From Octopus bimaculoides (taxonomy: Eukaryota), in assembly GCF_001194135.2 (NCBI RefSeq), contig NC_068983.1, positions 88,040,544 to 88,073,281 on the forward strand: a DNA stretch of 32,738 nt, given 5' to 3'. The position numbers were made by a program, and so were the translations under genes. Shown here in pieces: positions 10,990 to 23,289 of the stretch (positions within the stretch are counted from its first letter, which is position 1; each line of letters opens with the position of its first letter). Under the pieces are notes generated by a model that saw only the letters and a list, made by a program, of their open reading frames with translations, had not been told where the DNA came from and did no database searches.

Positions 10990-11840
10990 ATCTTTTATTC
11001 TTTTACACGTTTCAGCCCAAAGGCTGTGGCTATGCTGGAGCACCGTCAGTGTAATCACCTTTTCAATGACCAATTTTATGTGATTGGCTTTTGGTGAAAG
11101 AGGGAGTTCGACACTGCTGCCCTCCTTTGAGTGTTTTGCCATGATGTAGGTTCATTTGAAACCTTGAATAACAGAAGGGTAAATTATTTTTTGAAAACAT
11201 CTACCCACCCCCACCCCACTCCATAAAGATGACTCATATGTTTTAGCAAGGCATTAAATAGCTGTGGGCCCTTGAATCCCAAGCTATTGCAGTACATGGT
11301 CCTCACTCTCGGTGGGATAGCTAGAACGTTTAGAACATTACAGTGACGTCCATTTCGGGGACTAGTACAACTCTCAATACAATAGTTTGGTGCTAGCCCC
11401 TCCAGGATCTTCCATACGAATATCACTGCATACTTCTCCCGTCTTAGCTCCAGGCTGTAGAGTCACAGCTCTTTCAGTCTCTCTCAGTAGCTCAGCTGTT
11501 CCATTGGTGTAATCTTCCTAGTGTAGCACCACTGAATTGTCTCTAGTTCTACCATTAAATTGACACTGCAGGGTGACCACTGCTGAGAGCAGTAGTCCAG
11601 GTGGCTGAGTACAAATGTCTACCATAAAACCAGAATAGTTTCCCGGTCCCTTGTTCAGAAGGTTCTCAGTGTCCATCCTGTAATTCGCCTGCAGATTACC
11701 ACCCTCTTAGTGAAATGTACGGGAAACGAGGCATCATTGTTCATATCAATCCCCGGATCACGCACTGTACTTGATTCTCGGATTGCCACTCCTTTTGGTC
11801 CAACGTATCGTTGTTGCAGTCTGTAAGGTGATAACGGAGT
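10990..11840 (-). mobile_element. CR1/L2-group LINE, 3' ~850 bp (end of ORF2, 3' UTR and TAAAAGAA-type tail)
   Basis: Translation gives VRDPGIDM, SHLDYCSQQWSP, ERLKEL*LYSLELRREKYAVIFVWKILEGLAPN, KGPQLFNAL, VDVFKK, NEPTSWQNTQRRAAVSNSLFHQ; final stop at 11076-11078. In-frame stops show decay. Confidence 0.9.
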
Positions 11841-12494
11841 GAGTGATGGAAGAAGAGAAATTGTCTTTAAAAGTTGAAATATGTCGCAAACATATTTCAA
11901 CTAATATTTGTGTGCGTATGTATGTGTGTATATACATATATATATGTATGTATGTAAATATGCGTATATATATATAAATAAATAAATATATATACATATA
12001 CATATANNNNNNNNNNNNNNNNNNNNNNNNNNNNNNNNNNNNNNNNNNNNNNNNNNNNNNNNNNNNNNNNNNNNNNNNNNNNNNNNNNNNNNNNNNNNNN
12101 NNNNNNNNNNNNNNNNNNNNNNNNNNNNNNNNNNNNNNNNNNNNNNNNNNNNNNNNNNNNNNNNNNNNNNNNNNNNNNNNNNNNNNNNNNNNNNNNNNNN
12201 NNNNNNNNNNNNNNNNNNNNNNNNNNNNNNNNNNNNNNNNNNNNNNNNNNNNNNNNNNNNNNNNNNNNNNNNNNNNNNNNNNNNNNNNNNNNNNNNNNNN
12301 NNNNNNNNNNNNNNNNNNNNNNNNNNNNNNNNNNNNNNNNNNNNNNNNNNNNNNNNNNNNNNNNNNNNNNNNNNNNNNNNNNNNNNNNNNNNNNNNNNNN
12401 NNNNNNNNNNNNNNNNNNNNNNNNNNNNNNNNNNNNNNNNNNNNNNNNNNNNNNNNNNNNNNNNNNNNNNNNNNNNNNNNGTGTGTGTGTTCTA

Positions 12495-13457
12495 TTTTTT
12501 TTTAATTATCATAAATTTTCCACTGAGGAGGAAGCCAGTTTCCAACAAAGATACACGGCTCCATCTTTGGGATGTAGTTAACACAGACAAATTCACATTT
12601 GGAACTTGAGAAAAGTCTTGTAAATTTTACTGTTCCACTCACAGATTGGACTTGTAATGTACGAATCAACCGGTCAATTTCTCTTTGAAAATCACGTTTA
12701 TCCAGATTCCCCTTTAAGGATTCACTAACAAAACCTAGTGCTCCAATTATTATTGGTATGAATATGAGTTCATAGTCTGGACATTAAAGCTGGAGGTTTC
12801 GAAGCCTTTGTCCATAGATATAATCTTTTCCTTTGATTTTCAAAGAGTTATTTATATCTGCAGCGCAGCTAATCTCTATGACGGTACAGACCTTTGCCTC
12901 TCTATCCCAAACAACCATATCCGGCCTGTTATGCTTACATTTGACAGAAGTTTTGATGGAAATATTCCACCAGTATTCCTTGAGTGGGTGTATATGAATG
13001 TATTCCATAACAGAGGGATTGTCTAAGTTTATTTCAGGACAGTCTTTTCTGTGGATGGCATTGTAAATTGTTTTAGCAACGACGTCTTGCCGCATAAGGA
13101 AGTAGTACCGTGACGACATATTAGGACAGCTGCTAATCACAGAAACATGACATAGCCTACACATGCGGTTGCACCTTAGGATTACAAGAGCATCACTGTC
13201 TCTCGTGTTCGCCAGGTACTTTGTGGCAATCTCCTGTTCCTGGATTGAAAACGCATAGCCTCCAAAGTGTGATGTGATGTAGTGGACTTGTGTCCAAGAA
13301 AGGCTGTGCTTCGTGTCAATTCTACTGTCTTCTTCAAGCTTCCGGGCAACACACCCATGCATGATCATTCTTTTTGTATGATGAGTGCTTTCCATCCAGG
13401 TCTTCTCTGAGGTAAGAGAGCCCAGCTGTTTTGGGGCTGTATAGATTATCAGGAAGA
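12495..13457 (-). mobile_element. R4/Dong-like non-LTR retrotransposon 3' end (restriction-enzyme-like endonuclease) with poly(A)
   Basis: Degenerate CCHC region CRLCHV...SSCP...RQDVVAK, HNRPDMVVWD (PD-D nuclease), IEISC, PIIIGALG, LQVQSVSGT. A T9 run at 12495-12503 is the poly(A) tail on the minus strand. Confidence 0.88.
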
Positions 13458-13602
13458 TGTATGTATGTATGTATGTATGTATGTGTGCATGTATGTAAGC
13501 CTGTATACGTATATACATACACACATACATACATACATGCACACACACATACATACATGCACACACACACACACACACACAGACACACACACACACACAC
13601 AC
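13458..13602. repeat. (TATG)n/(CA)n compound microsatellite
   Basis: Read directly; supplies the false N-terminus of ORF 12784..13608. Confidence 0.95.
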
Positions 13603-13804
13603 TGGCATCCTTATCCATCCCCTATTGTTACTTTTTTATCTTACTCACATGCACTCACTATTTCAGATAACCTGTATCTTGCTACTACTTTGACCACCTT
13701 CACATTCGCAGTCAGATTTTATTTCATCCTCGTCTTCAACTCTCACATTACTCTCTCCACCTCCAATATTACATCATGCCACACCAACAGTTTCTTCTCT
13801 TTCC

Positions 13805-13869
13805 TTCCACTTCTACTCCTGGACATCACTTTTCCACTTCTACTCCTGGACATCACTTTTCCACTTCTA
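13805..13869. repeat. 27-bp tandem repeat, about 2.4 copies
   Basis: TTCCACTTCTACTCCTGGACATCACTT twice (identical) plus TTCCACTTCTA. Confidence 0.9.
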
Positions 13870-14013
13870 TTCTTTTCTGATCCACAATTTTACATTTCTG
13901 CGAGAATACTTGTCGTTCTTTGAATGATAGGCAACCAAAAAGCTGGACGTCGTTTCTTCTACACAGCATAAAAACATAACATACTCCATCTCCATTGTTT
14001 GAACCCTGATATG

Positions 14014-14067
<54 letters not shown>

Positions 14068-14430
14068 NNNNNNNNNNNNNNNNNNNNNNNNNNNNNNNNN
14101 NNNNNNNNNNNNNNNNNNNNNNNNNNNNNNNNNNNNNNNNNNNNNNNNNNNNNNNNNNNNNNNNNNNNNNNNNNNNNNNNNNNNNNNNNNNNNNNNNNNN
14201 NNNNNNNNNNNNNNNNNNNNNNNNNNNNNNNNNNNNNNNNNNNNNNNNNNNNNNNNNNNNNNNNNNNNNNNNNNNNNNNNNNNNNNNNNNNNNNNNNNNN
14301 NNNNNNNNNNNNNNNNNNNNNNNNNNNNNNNNNNNNNNNNNNNNNNNNNNNNNNNNNNNNNNNNNNNNNNNNNNNNNNNNNNNNNNNNNNNNNNNNNNNN
14401 NNNNNNNNNNNNNNNNNNNNNNNNNNNNNN

Positions 14431-14482
<52 letters not shown>

Positions 14483-14824
14483 TATACATGTACAAATATA
14501 TATATCTATGTATATATGTATGCATGTATGCATATCTGCATGTACGTACGTATATATGTATGTATGTATATGTCTGTGTGTGTGTATGTGTGTGTCGATG
14601 CGTGTATTGTATGTGTAAGCGATTCGTACAGTATTTAAATATGTGCTAGCGTTTTTATATGTCTACAAATATATTATGTACACACTTACATAGAAACTCA
14701 CATAAATATTTAATTGTGTGGATGAATAAGTTAGTTGATAAATACAATGTATACATAACGCACATACACACACACACATACACGCACATATATACATACA
14801 CATACAAATGTGTATGGAGATGTG

Positions 14825-14856
<32 letters not shown>

Positions 14857-15497
14857 CACTCACACACACACACACGCACATATACACACACACACACACA
14901 AAATGTTCATACAGCATGATCAAAGAGTGAGACATAAAGCTAAAGAGAAATCAGGGGAGACTAAGTCATATCGTTTGTTGCTCACTAGATTCTCTAACGA
15001 AACACAAACAACATAGACCAGTGATATAAAAAGGAAGGGAGAGAAAAGGAGGTGGAGAAAACAGAACAGTGGGATGGATCGTGAGTATGTGTGCGAAACA
15101 TGAGTATATACAAAAAAGTGTCGGGATAGAGAAAGATTCAACAGGGTAGGATGGGTGATGAAGTAGAAAAATGATTGAGGAAGCAGTCGAAAAATCGAGT
15201 AGTTGAGTAGAGCTGAGAGTATATGATAGTCGTGATGGTGTCTGACAATGTTGGTGGTGATGATGATTAAAATACTCTCGTGGTGATGACGGTTGTAGTA
15301 GTAGAGATAGTGGCGGTTTTAGTGGGGAGAAGGAGGAGAAAGAGTACGGCAAAAAAAGTAAAAGAGGGGACAAGGAGGAGGTAGTGCAGGATGTAAAGGA
15401 GGGTGAGTGGCTGCGGATGGGACGAGCATCATCGAAAACAACAATATGAGAAAAAGGATGAAAGGACTCGAATGAACAGAGTGTAAGGATAGGCACA

Positions 15498-15529
15498 CAG
15501 ACAGACAGACAGACAGACAGATAGATAGG

Positions 15530-15569
<40 letters not shown>

Positions 15570-15649
15570 AAAAAAGAAGGAAATAGATAGAATGATAGAT
15601 ATATACATAGAAAAAAGTAACAAAGAGGGAAAGAAGGAAAGAAAGAATG

Positions 15650-15687
<38 letters not shown>

Positions 15688-15920
15688 GAAAAAGAAAGGA
15701 AAGAATGAAAGAAAGAAAGAAGAATGAAAGAAAGAAATAGATAGATAATTAGATAGTCAGACAGACAGGCATACAGACAGACAAACAGATAGAGAGATCG
15801 ATTGAGAGATTGATATATAATGAGAGAAAAGGAAGAGAGAGAAATAGAAGACGTCAAAATACAATAAGAGTAAGGTAGGAAATCGGACGGTGGGGGCAGA
15901 GAGAGAGAGAGAGAGAGAGA
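15498..15920. repeat. Purine-rich block of (GACA)n, (GATA)n, (GAAA)n and (GA)n
   Basis: Read directly; explains the Leu/Ser/Phe-rich minus-strand ORFs. Confidence 0.9.
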
Positions 15921-16154
15921 GCAAGTTGAGATTGAAGGAACATACGAGAAGGAAAATAAAAAAAGAGATAATGCAGAAATGGAGAGTAATGAAGAAAAAC
16001 AAAATGGAGGCGAGTGTCGAGGTGGGAAAGGGAGAAGGGAGATTAAATAGAGGAAAGCGAGCAAAGAGAACAGACCGAAAACTGTATTTTAAGTATTTGT
16101 TTATTAGGCAAACATATAAAATACACTATATTGCATACATAAAAATATACACAT

Positions 16155-16195
<41 letters not shown>

Positions 16196-16368
16196 TGTGT
16201 ATGCTCTAATCATAAATACACACAGGCTCATACATATAAACAGACACTGACGCTGGCCCACAGATAATGGCGTAGAGCAGGGAGTAATGTGTCCAATCTG
16301 ATGGATATGATAAACAGCGCCATAATGACATCAATTAAACTATAAATATGTTTCTCCGTAACGTCACA

Positions 16369-16456
16369 GAGAGAGAGGGGGGGAGAAAGACACAGAGAGA
16401 GAGAGGGGGGAAGAGAGACAGAGAGAGAGAGAGGGGGAAGAGAGACAGAGAGAGAG
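16369..16456. repeat. GA-rich ~25-bp minisatellite derived from (GA)n
   Basis: GAGAGAGAGAGGGGGAAGAGAGACA-like unit repeated about three times. Confidence 0.75.
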
Positions 16457-18134
16457 GTACATATACATGAAATATACAAAATGCATATATATGTGTACAT
16501 GCATAAATATACGTGTGTGTATGTATGTATGTATGTATGTATATATANNNNNNNNNNNNNNNNNNNNNNNNNNNNNNNNNNNNNNNNNNNNNNNNNNNNN
16601 NNNNNNNNNNNNNNNNNNNNNNNNNNNNNNNNNNNNNNNNNNNNNNNNNNNNNNNNNNNNNNNNNNNNNNNNNNNNNNNNNNNNNNNNNNNNNNNNNNNN
16701 NNNNNNNNNNNNNNNNNNNNNNNNNNNNNNNNNNNNNNNNNNNNNNNNNNNNNNNNNNNNNNNNNNNNNNNNNNNNNNNNNNNNNNNNNNNNNNNNNNNN
16801 NNNNNNNNNNNNNNNNNNNNNNNNNNNNNNNNNNNNNNNNNNNNNNNNNNNNNNNNNNNNNNNNNNNNNNNNNNNNNNNNNNNNNNNNNNNNNNNNNNNN
16901 NNNNNNNNNNNNNNNNNNNNNNNNNNNNNNNNNNNNNNNNNNNNNNNNNNNNNNNNNNNNNNNNNNNNNNNNNNNNNNNNNNNNNNNNNNNNNNNNNNNN
17001 NNNNNNNNNNNNNNNNNNNNNNNNNNNNNNNNNNNNNNNNNNNNNNNNNNNNNNNNNNNNNNNNNNNNNNNNNNNNNNNNNNNNNNNNNNNNNNNNNNNN
17101 NNNNNNNNNNNNNNNNNNNNNNNNNNNNNNNNNNNNNNNNNNNNNNNNNNNNNNNNNNNNNNNNNNNNNNNNNNNNNNNNNNNNNNNNNNNNNNNNNNNN
17201 NNNNNNNNNNNNNNNNNNNNNNNNNNNNNNNNNNNNNNNNNNNNNNNNNNNNNNNNNNNNNNNNNNNNNNNNNNNNNNNNNNNNNNNNNNNNNNNNNNNN
17301 NNNNNNNNNNNNNNNNNNNNNNNNNNNTACCAACCGGCTAACGAGTCAACCATCTCACTAAGTAATCCAAAAAAAAAAAAATTATAAAATGAAATAAAAT
17401 AGCATTCGTAAAGGGTCAAAATAACAAAAAAAAAATACAAACGGAAAAGGGTGGTGGGGAGAAAAGTAAAATAAAAAAAAAGCTGCCATTATTACAAGGT
17501 TTAAAGCTTAATATATGTTCATGTCCCAAGGGACATGACTCTTGATCTAGCTTGACAAAGAACAGCCAGTGATTCAATTATACAATATAATGTTAATACA
17601 CTATCTCAATAATCCCCAATTGGCCAGCATATGATGTTTTGTTGTTGTTCCCGTAATTGTTGTTGTCTTTATTTGTTCTTCTAGTTGTCTTTTGTTTTTG
17701 ATGTTGTTGTTTTTAAACTCTGGTCCTTGTGGCACCACACCCTCATAGAACGCCCCGCCCGGCTCTATGTTGTTTGCTGTCTCGTCGCGTATTGCCTTGC
17801 AATGTATTTTATTATATTTCATTGTACTCACTGTGGTTGTTTTTACTGTTAAACATTCATGTTCTTTTTTTCGCCCCGATTACGGCCCGATTGGATGGAA
17901 ACAAGCGGGGCGCGAACCTAAATGAAATTCCAAGGGATTATCAATCCTATATTCTTGATGCATGGATGTGTATCTGTATGTGCGCCTATGTGTATGGTTT
18001 GTCTCTTTTTTGTTTCCGTTGTTTTTTACGAAAGAATGAACAACGCAAATAGAAAAGAAGAAAAACAATCACTTGTAAATGACCCATAACTTATCCAACG
18101 TCTATTATTGCAGCCGCAAACTTCCCCACCGGCA

Positions 18135-18372
18135 TCACACCCAGGATTACTACCAGCACCACCACTATCACTACTGCCACCACCACCACCACCACAACAA
18201 CAACAACAAAAGCAACAACAACCACCTCTACCACCACCACCACCACCATTATCACAACTACCACCACCACAATCAGCATCATTATCACAAACAATCATCC
18301 TCACCACAGCACCGCCATTATCATTACTCAACCATTCCAATCGTCATCACAATCACAACCACAATCATTACT
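18135..18372. repeat. Degenerate trinucleotide repeat (CAC/CAA/CAT/TAC)n
   Basis: Period-3 low-complexity sequence, open in several frames on both strands. A similar block lies at about 18567-18760. Confidence 0.85.
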
Positions 18373-18809
18373 AACGCGCGAAAGATTTGCTAGAAATAGC
18401 AACGAAGTCTCTATCAAATCACATCCTATCATAATAAAAAGAGAAGGGCTCATTGATTAAACTAGTCCAGTAATCTAATATTGGCCAGCTTATAAATCTA
18501 AACGGACATTCTAGCCATAACAGGAGGTCATAAGTTTGCTCAACCAAGGCTGTCTTGGTGGTTGAAGAGCAACAACCACAACAACAACGAAAACAATAAT
18601 AACAACAACGACAAAATAACACTACTGCCGCTACTGCTACAGCAACAACAACACTATCACCACCACCACCACCACCATCACGATCGCCACCACTACCACT
18701 ACAAGAGAGAACATTAAAACAAATACTACCATCACCAACAGCAGCAGCAGCGACAACAATAGCTTGTCTTAATGCTACATTACTGTAATCTTTCTGTTTC
18801 TCCTTGCAC

Positions 18810-19048
18810 TTTTTCTTGTTTCAGTCGTTACGCTGCGGCCATGCTGGGGCACTGCCTTGAAGGATTTTTAGTCGAATGAATCGATCCCAGTACTTTATTT
18901 TTTAAAAATCCGGAACTTATTCTATCAATCTGTTTTGCTAAACCTCTACGTTACGGGGACGTAAACACACCAAACCAACACCAGCAGTCAAGCATTGGTG
19001 GAGGGGGGCAAACATACACACACACACATACATGTGTATGCATGTATG

Positions 19049-19096
<48 letters not shown>

Positions 19097-19226
19097 CATA
19101 CGACGGGCTTCTTTCAGTTTCCGTCTGCCAAATCCACTCACGAAGCTTTGGTCGGCCCGAGGATATAGTAGAAGACACCTGCTCAAGGAGCCACGCAGTG
19201 GGACTGAACCCAGAACCATGTGGTTG
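18810..19226 (-). mobile_element. Near-complete SINE family A with an internal microsatellite (about 19013-19100) and a LINE-like 3' tail
   Basis: 19101-19226 matches the other family A copies. 18810-19012 is a 3' body ending (minus strand) GCAGTGCCCCAGCATGGCCGCAG...CTGAAACAAGAAAAA. Treating both halves as one element is an inference from orientation and adjacency. Confidence 0.8.
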
Positions 19227-19370
19227 TTCTTATTTTATTATTTTAACTCATGTCCCTTGTCCGGAAATCTTTCGTCATGCATCTGTGAGCTCTTCAGTGA
19301 CACTTCTAGTTTTCATGTGTATTCTTGCTCCACTTACTCCATTCTGCTTATCAAAACGGAATATATTCAG

Positions 19371-19438
19371 TGCTGAATTGTTCCGATTATACACGAGCGG
19401 CTGAGATGGACATGAGAAGCCTCTTTTTTCATGGATAT
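19371..19438 (+). CDS. Candidate internal exon (68 nt), ...LNCSDYTRAAEMDMRSLFFHGY, protein unidentified
   Basis: Flanked by TTCAG and GTAAGT; only one of three frames is open; unique sequence. The polypyrimidine tract is weak. Confidence 0.3.
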
Positions 19439-19719
19439 GTAAGTGTGAACATTTGCATATGTTCTGCCGGATGCGTTGTTGTTCGCTTGGTATGTAGAGA
19501 TGTTTATATTTGTATTTTTTGGTCATGTCGTACCGATGATTGGAGAGCATATTATGCTTGCTGACTACGAAATCATGAATGATATGCGACTAACCATTTT
19601 TTAAAAGGAATTTCTTCTATGTTCATTCTCTCGATTTCGGTGCCTGTGTATATTTATGGAAGTAGTTCGACTTCAGAGTCCCATTACAGCGCGAGGTGTT
19701 ACTTATAGTAATAGCCCTT

Positions 19720-19783
<64 letters not shown>

Positions 19784-20146
19784 NNNNNNNNNNNNNNNNN
19801 NNNNNNNNNNNNNNNNNNNNNNNNNNNNNNNNNNNNNNNNNNNNNNNNNNNNNNNNNNNNNNNNNNNNNNNNNNNNNNNNNNNNNNNNNNNNNNNNNNNN
19901 NNNNNNNNNNNNNNNNNNNNNNNNNNNNNNNNNNNNNNNNNNNNNNNNNNNNNNNNNNNNNNNNNNNNNNNNNNNNNNNNNNNNNNNNNNNNNNNNNNNN
20001 NNNNNNNNNNNNNNNNNNNNNNNNNNNNNNNNNNNNNNNNNNNNNNNNNNNNNNNNNNNNNNNNNNNNNNNNNNNNNNNNNNNNNNNNNNNNNNNNNNNN
20101 NNNNNNNNNNNNNNNNNNNNNNNNNNNNNNNNNNNNNNNNNNNNNN

Positions 20147-20201
<55 letters not shown>

Positions 20202-20814
20202 CAGACAGACAGACAGACAGGGAGGAGACATATTTTCTCCGTATAGAATACACTTCGTAGTGCTCAAGAGGCTTAAACTTGGGCATGTAGAATAGTAAAT
20301 GTAAGGATAAGCAAGTTAGGCAAGTCGATATACAAAACATATTAAATACATCTAATACAAAAAATGTACATATGTTTACATACACACACACACACATATA
20401 TAGTTGAAATTTACAGAAAAATAAAAGATTATAGAATCATAACTGATTCATTATATAGATGTTCGTTTAAAGCATAGATTTTTTTTATGTAAAAGGGAGA
20501 ACGATTCCTGGCTTTGTTCTATGTCATATCGGTATTATGGAGGAGTAGACGTGTGTGTTACAGGATTTTCTTCGGTATCGAGTCAAACTTTTAGAACCCT
20601 GTTTTATTTCTTTTGAATTGTATGAAATAGTAACAATCTATATTTTAATGCCCACTCTTTATGTCTTCTCATTACACGTACTGGATATGCACACGCGCGT
20701 ACACACATGTATATATACATGCTCAAATCACACACGCATGCGCGCACACATTTTTTGGTCGTAAAAATATAACCGGGTAAAGGTTGTATATTAAAAAAAA
20801 TTTTCTTTCTTTTG

Positions 20815-20945
20815 AAATTTGCAATTAATGTCACGAACTTTCGGATCTTAATGTCTACGGAGCGGATTTCTTCTATAGACCAATCAATTATCTCAAATGT
20901 CGCTATCAGTTCTGGCATTGCAAATGAATTGTAGGTTATTGTGTC
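20815..20945 (-). mobile_element. R4/Dong-like retrotransposon remnant (region C-terminal to the RT core)
   Basis: Translation YNSFAMPELIATFEIIDWSIEEIRSVDIKIRKFVTLIANF resembles the R4-clade pattern N.FA.P....FGI..W...EI...D.K.RK......NF (recalled consensus). Confidence 0.65.
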
Positions 20946-21358
20946 ATAAGGGGAATATTCTGACTAACATATCTTTTTACCTTGGTATAATTTTCATTAG
21001 TTAGTCGATCCCTTTTCTAAATAAATTTTTAGATATGTGTTCCTCATTCCATAGATAAGTGTAACACTTGTTTCGTGGAAGAGGGTGGATAGAGAAACAT
21101 TTGACGCAAAGATTTAAGGTTTAGGGAATAGTTTTTCCATGTTCGTTTGTTAAATTCGAATATTTCGTTTACTGAAAGTTCACCGCTTATCAACAGAACA
21201 TGCTGTGATTAAATTCGACCGTTTTTCAGCATTGTTTTTCAGATAGTAACACTCTCCAGAACAGAACCAATGACTTTTCTTAAAAGAAATTACTGTGGGT
21301 TTAGGGATAAAACCAATAGAACAAATAGAGCATTTCCTTGAAATATTCCTGTTAAAAT

Positions 21359-21573
21359 ATTGGTCTCAAATTTTGGCACAAGGCCAGCAATTTCGGGTTG
21401 GGGATAAATCAATTACATTCATCCCAGTGCTCAACTGGTACTTATTTTACCAACTCCGAAAGGATGAAAGAAAAAGTTGACCTCGGCGAAATTTGAACTC
21501 AAGAGCGTAAAGACGAACGAAATGCCACTCAGGACTTTCTCCGGCGTGCCAACGATTCTGCGAGCTCGCCTCC
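21359..21573 (-). mobile_element. tRNA-derived SINE, family B, with a central conserved domain (Meta/MESC-like, tentative)
   Basis: Minus strand: GGCGAGCTCGCAGAATCGTTGG head, GAGTTCAAATTTC B box, then GGTCAAC...TTTCATCCTTTCGGAG..GGTAAAATAAGTACCAG. A homologous copy lies at 29470-29657. Confidence 0.8.
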
Positions 21574-22470
21574 TTGTAGAATGTAGAAATATTAAAAACA
21601 GCGATGACAACCGTTCCACTTCCAGTTACAAAAGTGAGAATTGTTTACCAAGTCTTCCTTAGCTTTTCGGTGGCAGCAACAAATTTAGCGTGTACGTTTG
21701 CCAACTGTAGTGACTTGAGTGACTAAAGTCAAATGCCTTTCTGTAATCAAGACTATAACGTCACAAGACTTCTACAGTGTTTTCTAATTTGGAACAGTAC
21801 AGTTTAATTTAACAAAAATGGTTCGATGCATCCCCACATCTTCCCCTGCTCGTCAATCGTCAGATTCACAATGATCTTGGAGGAATTGTTTCAGGCAGCT
21901 TACGTATAGTTTGTATGTGATATGAATACAGCTATGGTGCTATAGTTCTCTGCCAATACACAAGGACACAAGAGTACGAGTTTTGATCGTGTAATAACAA
22001 GCCAGTTCAGTATGTCATTCTGGCCGTCCATAGATTTTTGAAATATTTGTATTAGATGCATTCTATAATGTATGTGTATAACACATTCATTAACAATGTA
22101 AGTTTGACCAGTATTCAAATGAGGAGGGACAGCCTTAAAGTTCTATTGGATATTTTAAGTTGGCCAAGTTAGGAATCAACATATAGGTTAAACAGAAAGC
22201 GTCCTCATTTCTTAGCTTCTTTCTTTTATCCTTTCCTTTTTCTAGGATCGAATTGCGATAAATGACCAGAAACCTCGTGATTGCATGATTTCACCAGTGG
22301 CTTCGTTAACGGCTCGTTAAAATAAATTGACGAGTAATCGCAGCTCTAGGGGGTCCTTTTTGACTATTTCTAGTCATTCGGGGCTTCTGTTCGGTCCTGG
22401 AATGACCGTTGGTCATTTACATGTGTGAAAAGTTCGAATCCTAATCCAAAATAATTAAATGCATAACTAC

Positions 22471-22501
<31 letters not shown>

Positions 22502-23289
22502 CNNNNNNNNNNTATACATATATATATATGAATACGCATACGTAAACATATACACACATAAATATATATTGAGAGAAAAAGCAGAAAGAAACAAAGAAAG
22601 AGAGAAAGTGAGAAAGAAAGAAAGAAAGAAAGAAGGGATCATCGTAAGATAAACGGCGGGATATAAAGGGAGACGAAAGGGACTAGAAAAGTGGATGGAT
22701 GGAGTGAAATATTGTTGTGGATCAAGTATCAACTGAAAACTATTCGATATCTGCTGCATAGTCATTTGACACCCTATTGGGATGCAACTTTGACCAGCAC
22801 CATCACTACGTACTGCCACCTCTGCTCTCGTTGATCCCTATTCACTAAAGCTGTAAACAGCTGATAAAGGTTGTGATGGTGTTGGTGGTGTAGAGAGGGA
22901 AGGCCTATAATGAAGAAGGTTGGAGAATACAGAGAGAAGTAAAAGAAGGAGAGTGGGAGAGGTAAGAGGAAAAAAGATGAAGAGAATTAGACGGTAAATG
23001 GTAAAATTAATGTCAACGGGATAAATTTGCTGTTTACAGATGTATTTATGTATGTAATAATACAAAATATATATATATGTTTATATATATATATATATAT
23101 ATATATATNNNNNNNNNNNNNNNNNNNNNNNNNNNNNNNNNNNNNNNNNNNNNNNNNNNNNNNNNNNNNNNNNNNNNNNNNNNNNNNNNNNNNNNNNNNN
23201 NNNNNNNNNNNNNNNNNNNNNNNNNNNNNNNNNNNNNNNNNNNNNNNNNNNNNNNNNNNNNNNNNNNNNNNNNNNNNNNNNNNNNNNNN

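Noticed and set aside
13805-13869. CRISPR-like direct repeat
   Set aside because: The units are adjacent with no spacers, there are no cas genes, and the context is eukaryotic. The same applies to the 24-, 30- and 271-bp repeats.
13334-16500. Many VCVC/HTHT/YIYI/LSLS ORFs
   Set aside because: They are translations of di- and tetranucleotide repeats.
18026-18393. Poly-Q/P, poly-H, poly-G and poly-V ORFs (huntingtin-like appearance)
   Set aside because: One degenerate trinucleotide repeat is open in several frames on both strands, with no splice or domain support.
22401-22417. AATGACC-GTT-GGTCATT hairpin with everted nuclear-receptor half-sites
   Set aside because: A 7-bp stem is expected by chance, and the orientation is opposite to a canonical ERE.
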